A stretch of DNA of 49,582 nt from Catajapyx aquilonaris (taxonomy: Eukaryota), in contig KZ538752.1 in NCBI GenBank assembly GCA_000934665.2, forward strand, positions 1-49,582, given 5' to 3'. Shown here one piece after another: positions 49,239 through 49,582 of this stretch. Both the position numbers and the translations under genes were made by a program. The stretch's first letter is position 1. Each line of letters begins with the position of its first letter. A model generated the notes under the pieces. That model was not told where the DNA came from and made no database searches. It saw nothing but the letters and a program-made list of their open reading frames with translations.

Positions 49239-49349
49239 AATAGTTTTATTGCATCCTTCACGTTCCTAACGTGAAGGATGCAATAAAACTATTGAATATC
49301 CTAAACCTGTAAAATCTGGGCCAGGTTTTACAGGTTTAGGATATTCAAT
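49239..49349. repeat. Two abutting near-perfect palindromes
   Basis: Stem 1: 49239-49264 / 49268-49293, 26/26 with loop CCT. Stem 2: 49291-49319 / 49321-49349, 28/29 with a 1-nt centre. Confidence 0.95.
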
Positions 49350-49403
49350 GTTTGGTCTGCACTTCTTTCTGCATAGAAAAGATTTGTATACGCTAGGCTC
49401 AAA

Positions 49404-49546
49404 CCCCGAAAACGACCATTGGCTGAAAAAAACGACCATACCTAGGTCTGGTCGCCTTAAACACAGTCCGACCTAGGCCTGGTCATTTCTAAACCAGACA
49501 GACCTAGGTATGGTCGGTTTTTTTCAGCCAGTGGCCATTTTCGGGG
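49404..49546. mobile_element. Foldback MITE-like element with CCTAGG-centred sub-repeats
   Basis: ~47-bp imperfect inverted repeats CCCCGAAAACGACCATTGGCTGAAAAAAACGACCATACCTAGGTCTG (49404-49450) and 49499-49546; three ACCTAGG cores and repeated CGACCA/TGGTCG. Confidence 0.7.
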
Positions 49547-49582
49547 GGGGGGGGGTTAGATAAAAGAATTGCAGGTGTAATT

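Overview
This is eukaryotic (arthropod-like) genomic DNA, not prokaryotic: there are no operons or CRISPR arrays, and it contains microsatellites, SINEs and a 125-N gap. The only well-supported gene is an intronless minus-strand CDS at 39450-37399 encoding a 683-aa Kekkon-family LRR-Ig type-I membrane protein. Its C-terminus DSPDEGYQEGYCGTDV points to kek1, the EGFR feedback inhibitor. The remaining ~47 kb looks like a gene desert. It holds repeat-poor, motif-dense putative regulatory islands and many transposon relics: two different tRNA-derived SINEs with clear TSDs, mariner/Tc1 remnants, and MITEs resembling PIF/Harbinger, pogo/Tigger, hAT, Sola and Academ elements. The most striking structures are a perfect 74-bp-arm palindrome at 3081-3230, an abutting double hairpin plus foldback at 49.2-49.55 kb, a GCCAT (Pho/YY1) cluster ~4 kb upstream of kek1, a TATA/ETS/Capicua promoter arrangement, and uORFs, one in frame with kek1. 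I found no convincing novel multi-gene system. All family assignments come from recognising motifs by eye; no database searches were run.
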